Below are positions 24,033 to 37,573 of a stretch of DNA of 64,000 bases, piece by piece. The notes under the pieces are model-generated. The model was not told the origin of the DNA and did not search any database. It saw only the letters and a program-made list of their open reading frames with translations. This stretch comes from Octopus sinensis (lineage: Eukaryota). The translations under genes and the position numbers were made by a program. The DNA lies in NCBI RefSeq assembly GCF_006345805.1, contig NC_042997.1, forward strand, positions 59,644,001 to 59,708,000, given 5' to 3'. The number at the start of each line of letters is the position of its first letter. Positions within the stretch are counted from its first letter, which is position 1.

Positions 24033-24154
24033 GTAAACAAATTTTGAAATAATCTAAAATTTAGAATTTAAAATTACATGGCTATACATGTGTGTGTGTA
24101 TGTATCATCATCATCATTGTTTAACGGCCGCTTTCCGTGCTAGCATGGGTTGAT

Positions 24155-24258
24155 AATATATATGTATAATATAAATATCTCTCTATATATATATATAATA
24201 TAAATACATGTATAATATATATATATATATTATATTATATATTTATATATAAATATAT

Positions 24259-24308
<50 letters not shown>

Positions 24309-24348
24309 ATGTTTATATATAAATATATATGTGTGTGTGTATGTATGT
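24155..24348. repeat. Degenerate (TA)n microsatellite
   Basis: Direct reading. Confidence 0.9.
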
Positions 24349-27090
24349 AATGGTGAGCTACTAAAATTTTAACAACTTGTTTGCGTAGCTGTCAAAACTT
24401 TAACAATCAGTTTACTTAGTTGCCAAAATTTTAGGCAAAAATTCTGAATTCAGCAATATAATATTAAATTGAGATGAAATCCAGTGTCAGGTGAATGTGG
24501 TAACAGTCTGTATCAGCAAAAAAAATCAATTGGTATATGGTTGAGATTTATAAAATCTTTTGCTGTGTGGATTGTAGCAATACTGTTTTGTTGATTACCC
24601 TGTGTCTGAAAGTGAGGAAATTTGAACTAAACTGAAGTTGATTGATTCTGTGGAGTGAGGGATGATATGAGAGTACAAAAAGCCAAGGAAGCATGCTGAT
24701 GAAAGAGGAAGGTGAAAAAAGCTGAACATTAAGCTGATAAATTCATCCTTCAAACAATCACAAAAGGAGATGCAGTTAAAGTGACATGAAAGTTTTTTTA
24801 GGAAGACAGCTACAATACATCAAACAACTGTTACAGTTAAGATAACCTGCTAAAATATTGCAGGGAGGAGAGTGAGATAACAGTATAGAGATTGAGGAAT
24901 GCTGGCAGAAGTGGTAGTGGGAACATATGCAAACAGACAATTACTCCCCAATACATAGTTACATGCATTCATTCACTGACATATTTCCTTGCTCTCATCA
25001 CCGTAAATAACTTTGAACTATATTTTCGCAACTGAACATTAAATTAGAGATATTTATGCTGCAAATACAGTAACTTAAATCTTTCAAAGCATCGAAGACC
25101 CAACTGAATTTTTGTAGTGTAGGTAGGTGGAGTCAGTTCACTGTGGCATAACTGATCAACTTTTTTGAGTCGGTCTTCAGTTTCTAGCAAAACTTTTTTT
25201 TTATGAGAACTGGTTGTTAACCAGTTCATGTGGACTGGAGCCAGCTCACCGCTGTATATACATATATGCACAAATTTATTACTATATGAAAGGGCATTTT
25301 TACTAATAATTTACTTTTGTCAATATTTTTATATCAGAGATTTAATTTATTAATTTACTTTAGTGATATTATCTGAGAAGAAATTTTTCTTTTATAATAA
25401 ACAATGATTGGAGAAAATAGTCGTTTAAATGCTTCTGAGAGAGAGGATTAGCCAGAAAATTCCAGAGTAATTGTACTTGTATGATTCTATCAAAGAATGC
25501 TGTTACCAATGTCTTCTGACTCTCATGGTGCTATATGTGTAAGTCACATTATTTTAATCAGTAAATAGCTATTGCCAGTGATATAGTGTAATGTGGCTGA
25601 CTGTATAAGCCATCGTTTCCTTTCTAACATTAATTTTTATCTTACAACAATGTACAATATTAGAAATTACTAACTCTATTAAATATTGTTCAAATACATC
25701 AAGGTTGACTTTGCCTGTCATCCTTTTGGGGTTGATAAAATAAGTATCATTGAGTGCTGGAGTTGATATAATCAATTGTTCCCTCTCCACAAATTTCTGA
25801 CTTTGTGCCTATGTTAGAAATTGTCATTTTGACTTATTATAACTATTAAAATCTTTAATATATTTACACATGTATATGTGATGGTGCATGTGTGTGCATG
25901 TAGCATGTGTAAGTCAGGTATATATTCTTGCAAACATTATATATATTGTATAAGTGTATAATATATCCACTAACATATATACAAATATGCCCACACTAGT
26001 GAATATTCACAAATGTGTATGTATATATATATATATATATATATATACATACATACATACACATAAGCATGATACAAAAATATGCATGTAATATAGTGTA
26101 AATAAAGTAACTATATTTTATAAGTGGTTGGTATTTTTATAAGAGTTATAATTCTGTCGCTATTTTTATTAGGAATTATTGGCAAGTATTAAAATATTTA
26201 GTGTTTACCATTTTGTTCGTGGAAAATGGTAGACCTGTACCAAATACTTTTCAAACTTTCTGTACTAATTAAATAAAAAAGAAAGAGAGTCTGAAATAAT
26301 ATTGCGAATATTAGAGTTGAGTAAATAAACCCCAAAATTTTGAAGATTGACTACACAATGAGTAATAGTAATGAAATTAAAGATTTTGCTGCAATTCATA
26401 ATTATGGTATAGCTTAACATTGACTTTATCCACTGGTTTTAATGAAGTCTCAGTTATTCAGAATTCTTCTCACCTTGCGCATCTTAGATTAGTTACCTGC
26501 TATGTACTGGTACTGTTTGACCACATGTAAAATGTTAAAATATGACTATCCCAAATTAGCAAGTTAAACTCTACAGTCTTGTCCAATATCCCTCCCCCCC
26601 TTTTTTTTTATAATCACCACCACAATGTCATTTGGTGGATTCACCATTTCTGTACCACAACATAAACCCACTTAATTCAGCAGGCTTTCCACCAATTTTA
26701 TTGTGTCCCTCTTCCCAAACTTCTATTCTTAATGAGTGCTTAATCCTCTCTTTCCAGATACTCATTTCTATCCTGTTGAATTCCTTCCTTCCCTATGTTT
26801 TCTTCTCTTGGTCTAAATTCAAACTAAATATCACTTATGTTAATCTTATCAAAATGTCTTTCAGTTTAGGTGAGTCTGTGAAGACTGTTAACAATGCTAG
26901 TCTTCACAATTAACTGATGAAAATTGTTTATTCATTGAGTACCCAAGGACTTGACCATTTCTTTGCTCTCTCCTCGAGATTGATCCAACTGGAATACTTA
27001 GCATTTGTTTAAGGACTTTCACAAGCCTTTCATCATTTTTGATGGTAACAGAGGGCAGGACTTGAATTAAGAAGGCACAGAAACAAAACA

Positions 27091-27524
27091 TACATTATTT
27101 ACATTCAACGGATATTTGTCCTCATCTTGTTTGTTTCAGCTGATATAGGGAAATTTCGAACCTGGGTTCTCATTCCTAAGGTATTTTTCAATGTTATTAT
27201 TATTATTGTTAGTGTTCAGGTCACTACTGGAAATCAAACACAGAATCTTGGGGATAGTAGCCTGAGCTCTTAACCACTATGCCATATGTGGGCATATGGT
27301 ATAGTGGTTAAGAGCACGGCCTACTAACCCCAAGATTCCGAGTTCAATTCCAAGCAGTGACCTGAACACTAACAATAATAACATCGTAAAATACCTTAGG
27401 AATGAGAACCCAAGTTTGAAATTTCCTCAAGACACCCGAAGAAGGCTAGAGGGTGTATCAGCTGAAATGTTGTGTTAACAACAAACAAGATGAAGACAAA
27501 TATCCGTTGAATGTAAATAATGTA
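27091..27524. mobile_element. Head-to-head palindromic tRNA-SINE pair (~430-bp inverted repeat, 4-nt spacer)
   Basis: Centre ccatatg-tggg-catatgg at 27282-27299. Right arm has A box tggtatagtgg (27297-27307) and B box gagttcaattcc (27340-27351). Ends tacattatttacattcaacggatatttgtc and its reverse complement. Confidence 0.85.
27431..27476 (+). ncRNA. Decayed Penelope-type hammerhead motif in a SINE tail
   Basis: gacac-CCGAAGA-a-ggct...agct-GAAA-tgtt-gtgtt. Stem I gacac/gtgtt pairs; stem II has one wobble; core has U4C. Confidence 0.45.
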
Positions 27525-29032
27525 CATAATTCCTCATCTCTTAAATATAGAACTGAACAAAACAGATATTACCAAAATCTATTTCCTTGAAATGGTAAAA
27601 GACAAAACTAACGTAGGTGAGGTTTTAAATCAAGACAGCTGAAACAAATACAAATATTCTATCCAATGCACTAACAACCAATGTCCATAAAAGCAATAGT
27701 GAAGAAGATATTTGTGAAGTTGTTTGGTTAGTTTCAAGCACTTTGAACACACAGATGAGATGACAACCAAGATATGTAGAGAAATTTTGTGTTGTACATT
27801 CAGCCAACTAATAGTAAAGATAGGCAAAACCCTATATTTGAAATAGCCAGGCAAAAGTATACAACTACTTTGCTAAAAATATATACAACTAATACCTCTT
27901 AAGTGTTGTAATAAGGATGTCAAATGTAAAAATACTTCAACAAATTATTCAAATGTTTGAATTCTTCTTATTTTTAAAATGCTACTTATCTAAGTTGTCT
28001 CTAAAATGGATATTAGGCTTCAAACTAATTTTTTATTTTTTTATACAAGCATAAGATTATTTAAGATACGTAAAGAAACAACAGTGAGATGCTGTGATGT
28101 TTATTAATTCATTAGAATTTATGAACAATTTTAATGAAATGAAGCCTGTTGTGAAATTCAGTTTCCTGGAAACTTATCTTTGTCTTTTAATATCAATGCT
28201 ACAATGACTTTCTATTCACCACAAATACATATATGTATGCTATTTACTTTATAAACAGTGTAGCCACATATTTTGTACATACTAATATACTTAACATTTT
28301 GCAGTCTTTTTTATGGTCAAAATTGACTTCTTTAAGTCAGCCATCATTTTTGCTTGATTTTTAAAAAATTTCTATGATTTGAAGTAAATACCACATTGAA
28401 TTTTTTACATTTGTTTATCTTTATTTTTGTCTCTCTCCCTCTTCAAAGCATGCTTATAAATGAATAATTCCTTCCTTACAAATACTCTGGTCTTTTGCTA
28501 CACAAAGAAGAATGTATTAAGGGAAATATCCATTTATAAAATAAATAAAAAAAACGTTACTGAAAAATGAAAAAAATAATACATATATATATGCCATAAA
28601 GCGTCATGCAGTATGAGAGGTGAATATATTTATTTAACTACTTGTCATTCTTAGGATTACAGCTGTTTCACAGCCTTCATCATGTAATAATAATTTCAAT
28701 GTATAATAAATTATTTTATATATACTTCTAGTTTAGGGTTTTAATTCATATACTATTCATACACACTCAAGAATGAAAGGAACATATAAAACACATTGGT
28801 AAACATGGGCACAAATTTAGACTGAACATCAAGTGGTAAGGAATCAAGATAAAGCAAGAAAGCATTTGATTCAAAAGGTGAATTTAAGCTCAGTATAATT
28901 GTATCGCAATTGTGAGAATGCCTGAAAATTGTCTGAAGTGTTTACTGTGCTGTATAGGTAACAAAAGAATGTATCTAAATATGATAAATTTAGACCAGTT
29001 GATAGTGTCTTTAATTAGAATAAAACATCCCA

Positions 29033-29395
29033 TAGGCGTAGGAGTGATAAGTAGCTTGCTTACGAACCACATGGTTCCAGGTTCAGTCCCACTGCGTGGC
29101 ACCTTGGGCAAGTGTCTTTTACTATAGGCTTTGGCTGACCAAAGCCTTGTGAGTGGATTTGGTAGACGGAAACTGAAAGAAGCCCATCATATATATATAT
29201 ATGTGTGTGTGTCCCCCAATATCACTTAACAACCGATGCTGGTGTGTTTATGTCCCCATAACTTAGTAGTTTGGCAAAATAGACCAATAGAATAAGTACT
29301 AGGCTTACAAAGAATAAGTTCTGGGGTCAATTTGCTCTACTAAAGGCAGTGCTCCAGCATGGCCACAGTCACATGACTGAAACAAGTAAAAGAGT
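29033..29395 (+). mobile_element. SINE family A, near full length
   Basis: Colinear with 116-483. Other copies at 34524-34906 (+), 35030-35470 (-), 44200-44400 (-), 52770-52930 (+), 56170-56480 and 61020-61190 (+). Confidence 0.8.
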
Positions 29396-30084
29396 ATCCT
29401 TTCCTGAAGGTATATAAAATTACTCAACAGTTTAAATTAATGTATTGTATTCAATGAACAGTAAAATCTCGTGATTTGAAATTTGTTTTTTAGTACTTTA
29501 TACTGATAAAGAAGATTGAATTCTTTACAGATATTATATAGATATATAGATTTGTCATTAAAATTGCCAGCCTATACAATAGCATTCCTTTAACCATTAC
29601 CTATCTAAAGCATTTTCCATAAGTCTGACCTAAACATCTATTTCAGTGAGTGAAAAAAAATTGGAATTGTATGTCATGATGCATGCTTGCTGGGGAAGTA
29701 TGTCCTGTGTATCACATAGGATACACAGGACAGGCAAAGGGTTAATTGCATATGATGAAGGTATGTGGTAGCTCAATCTAATTCTTGCAGTTTGGATCTT
29801 AAATCAGAGAATATAAGGGTAATAATTATGACATGATCATTGCTCTTAAATCTCCATTTTGCTCAGTGTTAAGTCATTGAGCTTCAAAGCTTGATCATAT
29901 CTGTAATCAGAAAGGTTTTCTTATAACTATGTTTTTTTTTTGTTTTGTGTATCAGGAGCTATATTGTCAGGTGTGTACTTTTTTTTTTTTTTACCCTAAG
30001 ACATTTGAATGAGATTTGGCTGTTATTTCCTGCTGTCCAAGTAACTGTGTAGAGTATTAATTAGACTTATTGACTTGTTTCCAT

Positions 30085-30260
30085 CTGTAACCCTAAGTTC
30101 AACTTGACTGAGCAGACCTATGATCAGTCATTCCAGGCGAAGTGTACATGGGGCAGGTTACATTGTCCAGTCTCACCTTTCTTTTTTAAGAGTAGTTTGA
30201 AGGTGATTTAGCTATTTCTAGTAATTTGAGTAACTACATGGATGCTTCATCATTGCCTAA
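30085..30260 (+). mobile_element. Dispersed repeat family G
   Basis: gagcagacctatgatca...gatttRgctRYtatttct...gagtaactaca, shared with ~10430, ~36680-36860 and ~61425-61600. Confidence 0.5.
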
Positions 30261-30603
30261 TACCTATATAGGGTTTATTAATAGCGAAGAAATGAAAACA
30301 TTTCCCAAGTTCATTTCGGGTGGATTTATTTAGTTAGAATTTAAATGCAATAAGTTTCTTTTAGCATTCATGCTTCCATAGGACATACAGAGATCATTGA
30401 GGTGGATTTTCTATGACTAGATACCCTTCCTGTTACCAACCCTCACTTGTTTTCAAGGTAATATATCCTCCTGGCTGGGCATGTTTTTATGGAAGACAGA
30501 AAACAAAACCACTTGTCACTCATTTACAACTTACTGACGAGAAAACAAATGTACATGTGTGTGTGTGTGTATATATATATATATACACACACACACACGC
30601 ATG

Positions 30604-31434
30604 GGGGGTGGTTGGGGTTAAATTTGATGATTTTTTTTTTGTTATGTCTCTTTTTTTCAGGAACAGCTTGAGGTAATCAGTGAACAGCCAGTGTTGGAGA
30701 GTGTAAAGATTAAAGTTGTAGTTGGGAAAAGTTAGATGACATGCAGGACTAGAAGCCATCTGAATATTGGAAAAGAGTTACCTGTATTCTGATGATTTGC
30801 ACCAGGTATCAAAATACTGACATTACAACTGCTGCTCACTGCTCTGTGAATGTTGTGAAGACTGTAAGATGTGACATGGGCAGCTGCAGCAGAAACTATA
30901 AACCCATGGCCAGCAGGAAGGGACACAGTAGGCACTAGGTGTCTGCATGCAAGAATTCACCTCAGAATCTTTGAAGAAGCTCAGTTCAGATGGCTATGCG
31001 AAGCTGCTGGAACCTGTGATCAATCTCTGCCTAGTGAGGGTTGCTACTGGAAGGCCATATGTGTAGCAACAGGATTTTGGTTTCTTGTTATACCTCTGGA
31101 GAGAGTCAGAAGTGGTTGTCAGAGAATTTCTACAACTTTATCAGCCTCAATTTCTGGTTTCCTAATTCCCACCAATTGTAATCATATGGATTACTATGTG
31201 TAGGACGCAGTTGAGAAATACCAACTACTTTTCTTGCAACATCAAGGAGGTGTTTGAAGATCTTTCCAGGGACACAGTGAAGAATGCATGTGTCTGGTTC
31301 TGAAGCCATCTTGAGGCTATGGTGGAAGCTAAGTGTGACCACTTGGAGTAAACTGTCATCTCCCAGCCAAAATCTAGTTGATATATTTGTAAAATGCTTT
31401 TATGCAAACTGTCAAATTTAACTTAAACACCTTG
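30604..31434 (+). mobile_element. Internally deleted Tc1/mariner (maT/DD37D-like) relic
   Basis: N-terminal KPSEYWKR-like segment and C-terminal CNHMDYYV*DAVEK...KNACVWF*SHLEAMVEAKCDHLE* (SPDxNPxDYxxW / ACxxFxxRLExxV-like). Right TIR gtcaaatttaacttaaacaccttg resembles the TIR of the copy ending at 47569. Confidence 0.65.
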
Positions 31435-31829
31435 GTTTTGGTTTAAGTTTTTCATCAGAAAATGAAAGTATGCTTTGTTCACCTTGTTAAGTAACTGCCT
31501 GGCTCGGATCAGTCTTTCTGTGTCATTGCAGACATGAAATGGACTCTCTTCAATGCATCAGATGTTCTCATTCACCACAGTTCTAATAGTCCACTCTGAC
31601 ACCTGAAGTTCTTTGGTGATGGCTATCATTGATTTTTGGCAATATCCTTGTTTGAATATTTAGAATGTTTTTTTTTTCTCTCTTTGATACAATTGAAACA
31701 TTTCCATCTGAATTTTATTTACAAAAGACCTTGCAACATTTAGAGATTGGCAATTTCAATAATCACTATGCTCTGTACATGACATTAACTGCATGTCTTT
31801 TCACTTGCGTAAGTAATTTATCTATCAAG

Positions 31830-32900
31830 TGGGGTCTGAAAGAAATAAAAACCTTCTGTTACAACTGCCCGATATTGGAATCTGTGGCAAACTGCTGGAC
31901 TGGATTAACTATTTTCTGGTGATCAGAACCCAACATGTGATCACTGGAGTCCATTCAAGCCGAGCAAAAGTCACTAGTGATGTTCCCCAAGGACTGTATT
32001 GGATCCACTTTCTTCATAGTTTGTATAAATGACATTTCAAATATCATCAAGTAAAATCCCAGTCTAATCTGCATGCTGTAAGTCAATGGGCAGACGGAAG
32101 CAGCATGCTTATTAATGATGGGAAATTTGAACTCATGCACTTAAAACAACCATACTCTCTTCCTTCAGGAAAATCACTTGTGGCATCCAATAATAACACA
32201 GACTTAGGAATAACTGTTGACAATCTCACATCAGCAATAAGGTTGATATGGCTTACAAGGGGAGCTCCTTGGTCCTCGGAATTTTCCAGACCAGAGAACC
32301 AGATGTCATCATTTCCCTTCCCTTTTTTCCTCCTTTGTACAGCCATACCTTGAATACTGCTGCTCCCTGTGGTCTCCCCATACCAAACTAAATATGTGAA
32401 TTGAGACACTACAGTAAGCAATAAGAAAATAAATAAATGGCACGACAGATCTTCATTATCGGAACCAGCTTAAAACTTTGAAATTATTATCTCCAGTGCA
32501 GTCATGAGTGCTACATCATTTGTACCATGTGAAGAATATACCACTGTCGTTGCCCATATGATTAACATCAAGTTCACAATTCACTCTGGGCTGGGACCCT
32601 GTGCCTTGCACTTCTTACATGATTCAGGCTCGTGACATAACTACATTGCAGTACAATCATTTTACCTTTAGAGGTCCTGCTCTATTTAATGTTATCACAA
32701 AATAAACCAAAGAAAAAGATCCTATAATCATTAAGCAATATCTGGATAAATTATGTCAGAGATACTAAACAAACCAAAGTACCTGGATACATTTCAGTCA
32801 ACAGCTTACTTGAATAGGCAATGATACTACAAATCTTGACTTAAAAGTGATAGAACAGATTCTATCAGGTGGTGCTATTAAGTTAGGCATGGCTTGAAAC
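31830..32900 (+). mobile_element. Decayed CR1/L2-like LINE RT
   Basis: LLLQLPDIGICGKLLDWINYFLVIRTQHVITG...VTSDVPQG, later DLGITVD and PYLEYCCSLWSP; many frameshifts. Confidence 0.7.
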
Positions 32901-35900
32901 ATATCTAAGTCTAGATATATGTATCTGTCTGTCTGTATGTATGTATGTATGCATGTCATCATTTAATGTTGTCTTCCATGCTGGCATGGGTTGTACTGCC
33001 CTCCCTGATGCCAATAACTTTACAGAGTTTATTGGGTAATATTTTCATGACAATGGCATTAGAAAGGTTGTCGAGTATCTTGCAAGACAAAGAAAAGAAC
33101 CTTGACAGAGTTGGGTTGCAGAAGAGAGGAAGGTGGAATATAGATATATTTATTCATATATGTGTGGGATTCAGTGGGACTGAACCTTAAAACCATGTGG
33201 TTGGGAAGCATGCTTCTTAAACTCAGTGCCTGTAAAGTGTGTGTGTGTTGGATTATTTTATTTATCATTTCTTTCTTATTTTAAAATATTTGAAAATATA
33301 CTGCCTGTAATTTTTTTTTTATGAAGCAGTTTCAGTAAATATATTTAACATACCTAGTAAATATGTAATAAAGATTTTGTATTTTAATTCATTCAAGGTG
33401 ACATCATTTGATTTTGGGGAAATTGAACAACAAATATATCCAATACTGAAAAATTAAACTTAGAAAATCCCCAAATTTTCAAGCCTAAGTTATCTGAGCA
33501 TTGCTCAAAGTGGTTTCTGAAGAAATTCACCTTCACTGAAAGACAGGGGTCAGTTGAAATGTAAATATTTGAACAATTTTATTTCTTTAAAATGAATATA
33601 ATTTAAATTTTAGTTGCAACCACATTTCATATGTGTATGTGTACACAATATCTTTACACCTATTAAGCATGCAAGATATATACTCAGTTTCTCACATTTA
33701 TGCTTTAACATAGTTGAATGTAAAGGCAGTAGCCAAAATGCAGATGTGAAGTATTGTATCTTGCACACCTTATAGGTGTACACATATGGCTCCAAATGAA
33801 ACCAATCTGAATGTCAGATTCTAACTACTAAAATTTATTGTTTTTCTGTAGACTTTTTTTTTAATGATGCTGCAATATTTTGCTCTTGTTGGACCAGCCT
33901 TACCAGCTCCTTTTTATTGTAAAAATTGAAGTTGAGTGAAACCTTAAGTACCTTTGGTGAAACCCCTTTTTAGATGTTCAGAGTCGTGAACAATAAGATA
34001 CTCAAAAAATACAATTATAAAGGAAATTTTAAATATTTTTATTAAGTGGTGACACTGAATGAATATTTTACTTCCTTAATGCCTTATTGCATATATTCTG
34101 AAAAGGGTCAAGCCAATTATTATTTTTTAAATAGAATAATGAAGTTTGATATTTTATGAATTGATTTTATATGTCTTTTATAAATTTTTCAAAAAGATTT
34201 TGATTTCAATATATAAAAATGTGATTCTTTATCCTAATTAACCATTAACCTCTTCAAGACCTATGCCTTTTTTTTTTTTTTTACTAATCAAGGATTTGAA
34301 GGGATTCAGTAAAATGACTCATTGGGTGTATAACAAAATGATTTTTATACAAAATTATGATTGAAGATTTTGATTTAAATATGAATAATTTTCAATGAGT
34401 AGTTTTTTTTCATAAAGCTAAGGTTAGTCTCAGGAAGGTTGGTAACGAAAGGGTTAAAGATGAAATTGTAGAATACCAATTTGACATGTTTTTATATTGG
34501 GACCAATATCACACATACACACATAGGTGCAGGTGTGACTGTGTAGAAATAAGTTTCTACCAACCACGTGGTCTCAGGTTCAGTCCCAGTGTGTGGTACT
34601 CTGGGCAAGTGTCATCAACTATAGCCTTGGGCTGATCAAAACCTTGTGAGTGGATTTGGTTGATAGAAACTGAAAAAAGCCTGTTGTATGTATATGTGTG
34701 TGTCTTTGTGTCTGTGTTTGTCCTCCAGCACAGCTTGACATCTAATGTTGGTGTGTTTACATCCCCATAACTTAGCGATTCAGCAAAAGAAACCAATAGA
34801 AAAGTACCAAGCTTAAATAGAAGATAAATACTGGGGTTGATTAGTTCGACTAAAATTCCTCAAGGTGATGCCCTAGCATGGCCGCAGTCTAATGAATGAA
34901 ACAAGATATATATATATATATTCTCAGGGCTTAACTATAATCATTCAGCTGCTGATAATGAATTTAATAAAGCTGAAATTGCATTTAAAAAAAAATCAAG
35001 CTTTTTGATTTTATACCAGAATCTTGTAACTGCATACTTCTGTTATCTCTTATCTTTTACTTGTTTCAATCATTGGATAGCAGCCATACTGGGGCATTGC
35101 CCTGAAGAGTTTTTGTCAAAATTCATCACCCCTAGTACTTATATATATATATATTTTAAGTCTAGTACTTATTCTATCAGTCACTTCTGTGAAACTGCTA
35201 AGTTACAAGTATGTAAGCAAACTAACAATGGTAGTCAAACGATGGCAGGAATGACAACCACAGTCATAAAAACACATGCAAAGACAAGCATGCATGTATG
35301 TACATGTGTGTATATCTGTGTATATATATACACATATATCTGTGTATATATACCCCACACACACATACACTCAATGGGCTTATGTGTATACAGTTTCCAT
35401 TAACCAAATTCATTCCCAAGACATTGGTTGGCCAAGGGATATAGTAAAAGACATTGGCTTAAGGTTCCACACCGTTACAAAGTGAGCTATTTGATGAATA
35501 ATATTCAACATTTCAATATGGCTTTGATGAAATCAAACAATCAGACAAAATAGTTGATTTTTTCATTAGATATCTGAAAAATATCTTTCACTCGGCAACA
35601 TTTAAAACTTACATTGGAATGCTTCCTTTATTTTAACTATTTAAGTAGACACAAGTGTAGAACTGAGCTCACAGTAATAACTTTAATTTGTCATAACATT
35701 ATAACATAGATGCTAACAATTAAATGCCTAAGATACTTTATTCCTATCCACACTGATACTATGGTATGGCTATCCTTTATACCTTAAAGTATCAGAAGTA
35801 TCTTGTGTCTTGATTTGTTAACTGCTACAAAAAGGAATTGTATTAGTTTGTACACACACACATACACACACACATACACACACAAGGGCTATTTAAATTT

Positions 35901-35962
35901 GATGAGGTGTGTAAAACTTTGTCTGTACACATTGAGACAATCTCTTTATCTTGTCTTTTCCT

Positions 35963-36205
35963 TTAGTCTTGAATAATAAACTCTAGGTCAGAAAACTGAC
36001 GCAAGTGAAACTGTGTCATCTGGTAGTTGATCATGGTACGAATAGCAAAATAACCTGAAAACATTTCGGTCAGAACAAACCCAAACATGACTATATGAAC
36101 AGCTATTTCAAGAGGAAATTTCTGGCCTTCATTGAACAGCAGAAATATAATTAGAGGGAACTGCATCAGTAATGTCAAAAGCCAAGATCCAGCAAGCTCA
36201 GGTAC
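35963..36205 (-). CDS. TMEM17: TMEM17 exon 4 (terminal)
   Basis: tttttgcag acceptor. VPELAGSWLLTLLMQFPLIIFLLFNEG...PLEIAVH...FHLRQF then stop, matching TMEM17 VPELAGFWLL...FLLFNEG...FHL. Full protein is 191 aa. Confidence 0.93.
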   Translation of the reverse strand, partial: VPELAGSWLLTLLMQFPLIIFLLFNEGQKFPLEIAVHIVMFGFVLTEMFSGYFAIRTMINYQMTQFHLRQFSDLEFIIQD

Positions 36206-37459
36206 CTGCAAAAAGATAAATAAATATTAAATACTAAATAAAACCCTTTGCTAATTGTGCATGTATAGTTTTAGCTCCCGTAAAAATATGTTGCTTCTAA
36301 TGTAAATCAAAAGTACGTACATGTCATTGCCATATCATTAATTATTACTTCACTTAATTAAGAAAGTACATGGTTAGTAAAGATGATTAAAATTAAACTG
36401 AATATTAGAATATATACTTTATTATTTTTCAGTTCAGTATGAGTTAAAATTTTGATAGGAAGTCAGTAAGCATTAGTAATACAATAGGATTAATTTGACT
36501 GACTACAGCACTTCCACAATAGAAACTATTGTTCCTGTGCATAGTGAAGTGTAATTCTATATCTCATATATTTCCTTATACTATTGGAATCTATACAGAA
36601 TTTCATGAGTCCAAAATGCCCTGGGGTTCTAAAGAGGAGAGAGCAAGTTCAGAGGGGTGCAGTTATGACTTGGAAGGATTAGGTCCCATATCAGCCTTTT
36701 GATCAAACAAATCTATGATCAATGGTATTTCATCCTTGATCATCTCTCCTTTTTTAGATATCAGACTACATTATTCAATATTTTCTTTTTAATGATGGTT
36801 GGGTATGACCTGAAGGAGATTTGGCTGTTATTTCTTATAGGTTGAGTAACTATATGGGGGCTCCCATGACAAGTAGAGTGGCTAGTGTATGTTTTGATAG
36901 TGGAGGTGTACAGATTGTGGTAGTGATAGAAAAGACACTGTGACAATAGGATTTGTTGAAAGTGAAGTTATGATGGTCATATGGAAGGTTTTTTTTAAGG
37001 AACCATAGTCTACAGAAGGTTCAATTTCCACTTTCTTTTGATTAGCTTTGAGGCAGCTTTTGATTATTACTTATTCTATTGGTCTCTTTTTGCCTAACCA
37101 CTAAGTTACAAAGACATAAGCACATCAACACTGGTTGTCAAGTGGTGGTGGGGGACAGACACACACACACATATATATGTATGATGGGCTTCTTTCAGTT
37201 TCTATCTATCAAATACACTCACAAGGCTTTGGTCAGTCCAACATTGACAATGACAAAATTGCTTGGTAATGATGTGTGTTGTTTACAGTTTAATAACTTC
37301 ATCTTATATAGACTCTTTTACTCGGTCTCTGTAATTATTCTCATGCCACTAAGGTTTCCCTCTATTGAGAACTAAGTAAAAGACAAATTGAAAAAAGAGA
37401 AAACAAAACAACAAGGAGTCCTCAGAACCATTGTTGTTGTTGCTGTAGTGATTACATAC

Positions 37460-37573
37460 TCTTTCCATTAAGTTTCCAATGTAACCCAAATAAAGCCGGA
37501 TAATCTCAATAATACCAAACATGACGTAAGCAGCAACAAGGAGGATCTTGTAGACAATACTGAGTTTGGAAAA
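37460..37573 (-). CDS. TMEM17: TMEM17 exon 3 (114 nt)
   Basis: tttccag acceptor and gtatgt donor. FSKLSIVYKILLVAAYVMFGIIEIIRLYLGYIGNLMER matches IRLYLGYxGNLxEK. Confidence 0.93.

Noticed and set aside
24348-25253. hAT element bounded by ggtgagct / agctcacc ends
   Set aside because: Only ~8-10 bp of terminal similarity and no 8-bp TSD; cannot be supported as one element.
27293-27360. tRNA genes at SINE heads (also ~1070-1128 and 116-170)
   Set aside because: A/B boxes are present but I see no complete cloverleaf or acceptor stem, and each continues into a repeated SINE body.
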